A stretch of 33,391 nt of DNA. Origin: Candidatus Limnocylindrus sp. Its GTDB lineage: Bacteria; Chloroflexota; Limnocylindria; Limnocylindrales; Limnocylindraceae. The notes below the pieces were generated by a model. It did no database searches. It was not told where the DNA came from and worked only from the letters and a program-made list of their open reading frames with translations. The position numbers were made by a program, and so were the translations under genes. Positions 32,998 through 33,391 of the stretch are shown here, piece after piece. How positions within the stretch are numbered: position 1 is the first letter of the stretch; each line of letters starts with the position of its first letter. The DNA lies in assembly GCA_044341795.1 (NCBI GenBank), contig JBIIRA010000002.1, positions 1 to 33,391 on the forward strand, in the 5' to 3' direction.

Positions 32998-33391
32998 ATG
33001 GCTTCTACATCTGAACCAACAGGGACGCTCGCCACCCGCCTCCAGGCGGCGGTGCAGGCGCGCGGCCAGCGCTGGACCGAGCAGCGGCAGCTGATCGCCG
33101 ACGTGCTCGCCGCCTCCGACGGCCATGCGACCGGGGCTGAACTGGTCGAGCGCGTGCGGGCTGCAGACCCATCGGCAACCCCGTCCACGGTCTACCGCAC
33201 GCTCGATTTACTCGAAGGACTCGGGTTCGCGACGCACCACCACGGCGTTGACGGTCGTGAGACGTATCACCTCGAAGAGGTGGTCGCCCACGGTCACGTC
33301 CACTGCCAGGGGTGCGGCGCCGAGGTGGAGCTTGACGCTGAGGCGGCGAAGCCGATCCTCGCCGCAATCGAGCGTGCCACCGGCTACGCCG
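32998..33391 (+). CDS. Fur-family metalloregulator (partial; runs off the right edge); possibly nickel-responsive (Nur-like)
   Basis: My own translation: MASTSEPTGTLATRLQAAVQARGQRWTEQRQLIADVLAASDGHATGAELVERV...PSTVYRTLDLLEGLGFATHHHGVDGRETYHLEEVVAHGHVHCQGCGAEVEL. It shows a winged helix (STVYRTLD), His clusters and a CxxC typical of Fur proteins. It is absent from the ORF track because there is no stop codon in the window. Confidence 0.85.
   Translation, partial: MASTSEPTGTLATRLQAAVQARGQRWTEQRQLIADVLAASDGHATGAELVERVRAADPSATPSTVYRTLDLLEGLGFATHHHGVDGRETYHLEEVVAHGHVHCQGCGAEVELDAEAAKPILAAIERATGYA

Noticed and set aside
1-33391. CRISPR arrays, IS elements or transposases, integrases, prophage genes, toxin-antitoxin or known defence modules
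   Set aside because: Reading both strands revealed no spaced direct repeats, no terminal inverted repeats and no ORFs with the corresponding signatures. Every sizeable ORF is explained by a housekeeping or metabolic family.

Overview
Gene-dense, high-GC chromosomal segment that reads as core genome. It probably comes from an Actinomycetota- or Chloroflexota-like bacterium; this is inferred from an F420-type LLM enzyme, a nickel SOD and leaderless-type promoters. I call about 35 protein genes and 2 tRNAs. From left to right: pyrK-pyrD-pyrE; a thioredoxin-like lipoprotein divergent from a fused heme A synthase/heme O synthase gene (ctaA-ctaB); a minus-strand ACT-like/xthA/sua5/yczE-like operon; a DHA2 MFS pump; an LLM oxidoreductase; a nickel superoxide dismutase operon (4-TM protein, sodN, sodX); a PlsC-like acyltransferase translationally coupled to a LysM membrane protein; an NTF2-like protein and a DUF885 protein; a GH57 glucanotransferase plus alpha-glucan phosphorylase; a saccharopine-dehydrogenase-family enzyme; lemA-htpX plus a 72-aa membrane protein; tRNA-Gly(UCC); a GMC oxidoreductase; tRNA-Gln(CUG); an alpha/beta hydrolase; arsC; a DEAD-box helicase; rarA; and an ECF-type Ni/Co importer (nikMN-Q-O) divergent from a Fur-family regulator gene cut by the right edge. 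I found no CRISPR array, transposase, integrase, phage, toxin-antitoxin or recognisable defence module, so I cannot point to a clear-cut novel multi-gene system. The best candidates are three. (1) A nickel theme: a NiSOD operon with an undescribed membrane partner, a His-rich tail on the importer ATPase, and a Nur-box-like palindrome between the importer and the Fur-family gene. (2) A recurrent TANNNT-N6/7-ATG architecture indicating leaderless mRNAs, including two back-to-back promoters with overlapping -10 hexamers. (3) Convergent genes that abut or overlap at their stop codons, leaving no room for terminators. The many long antisense ORFs in the six-frame track are high-GC artefacts.
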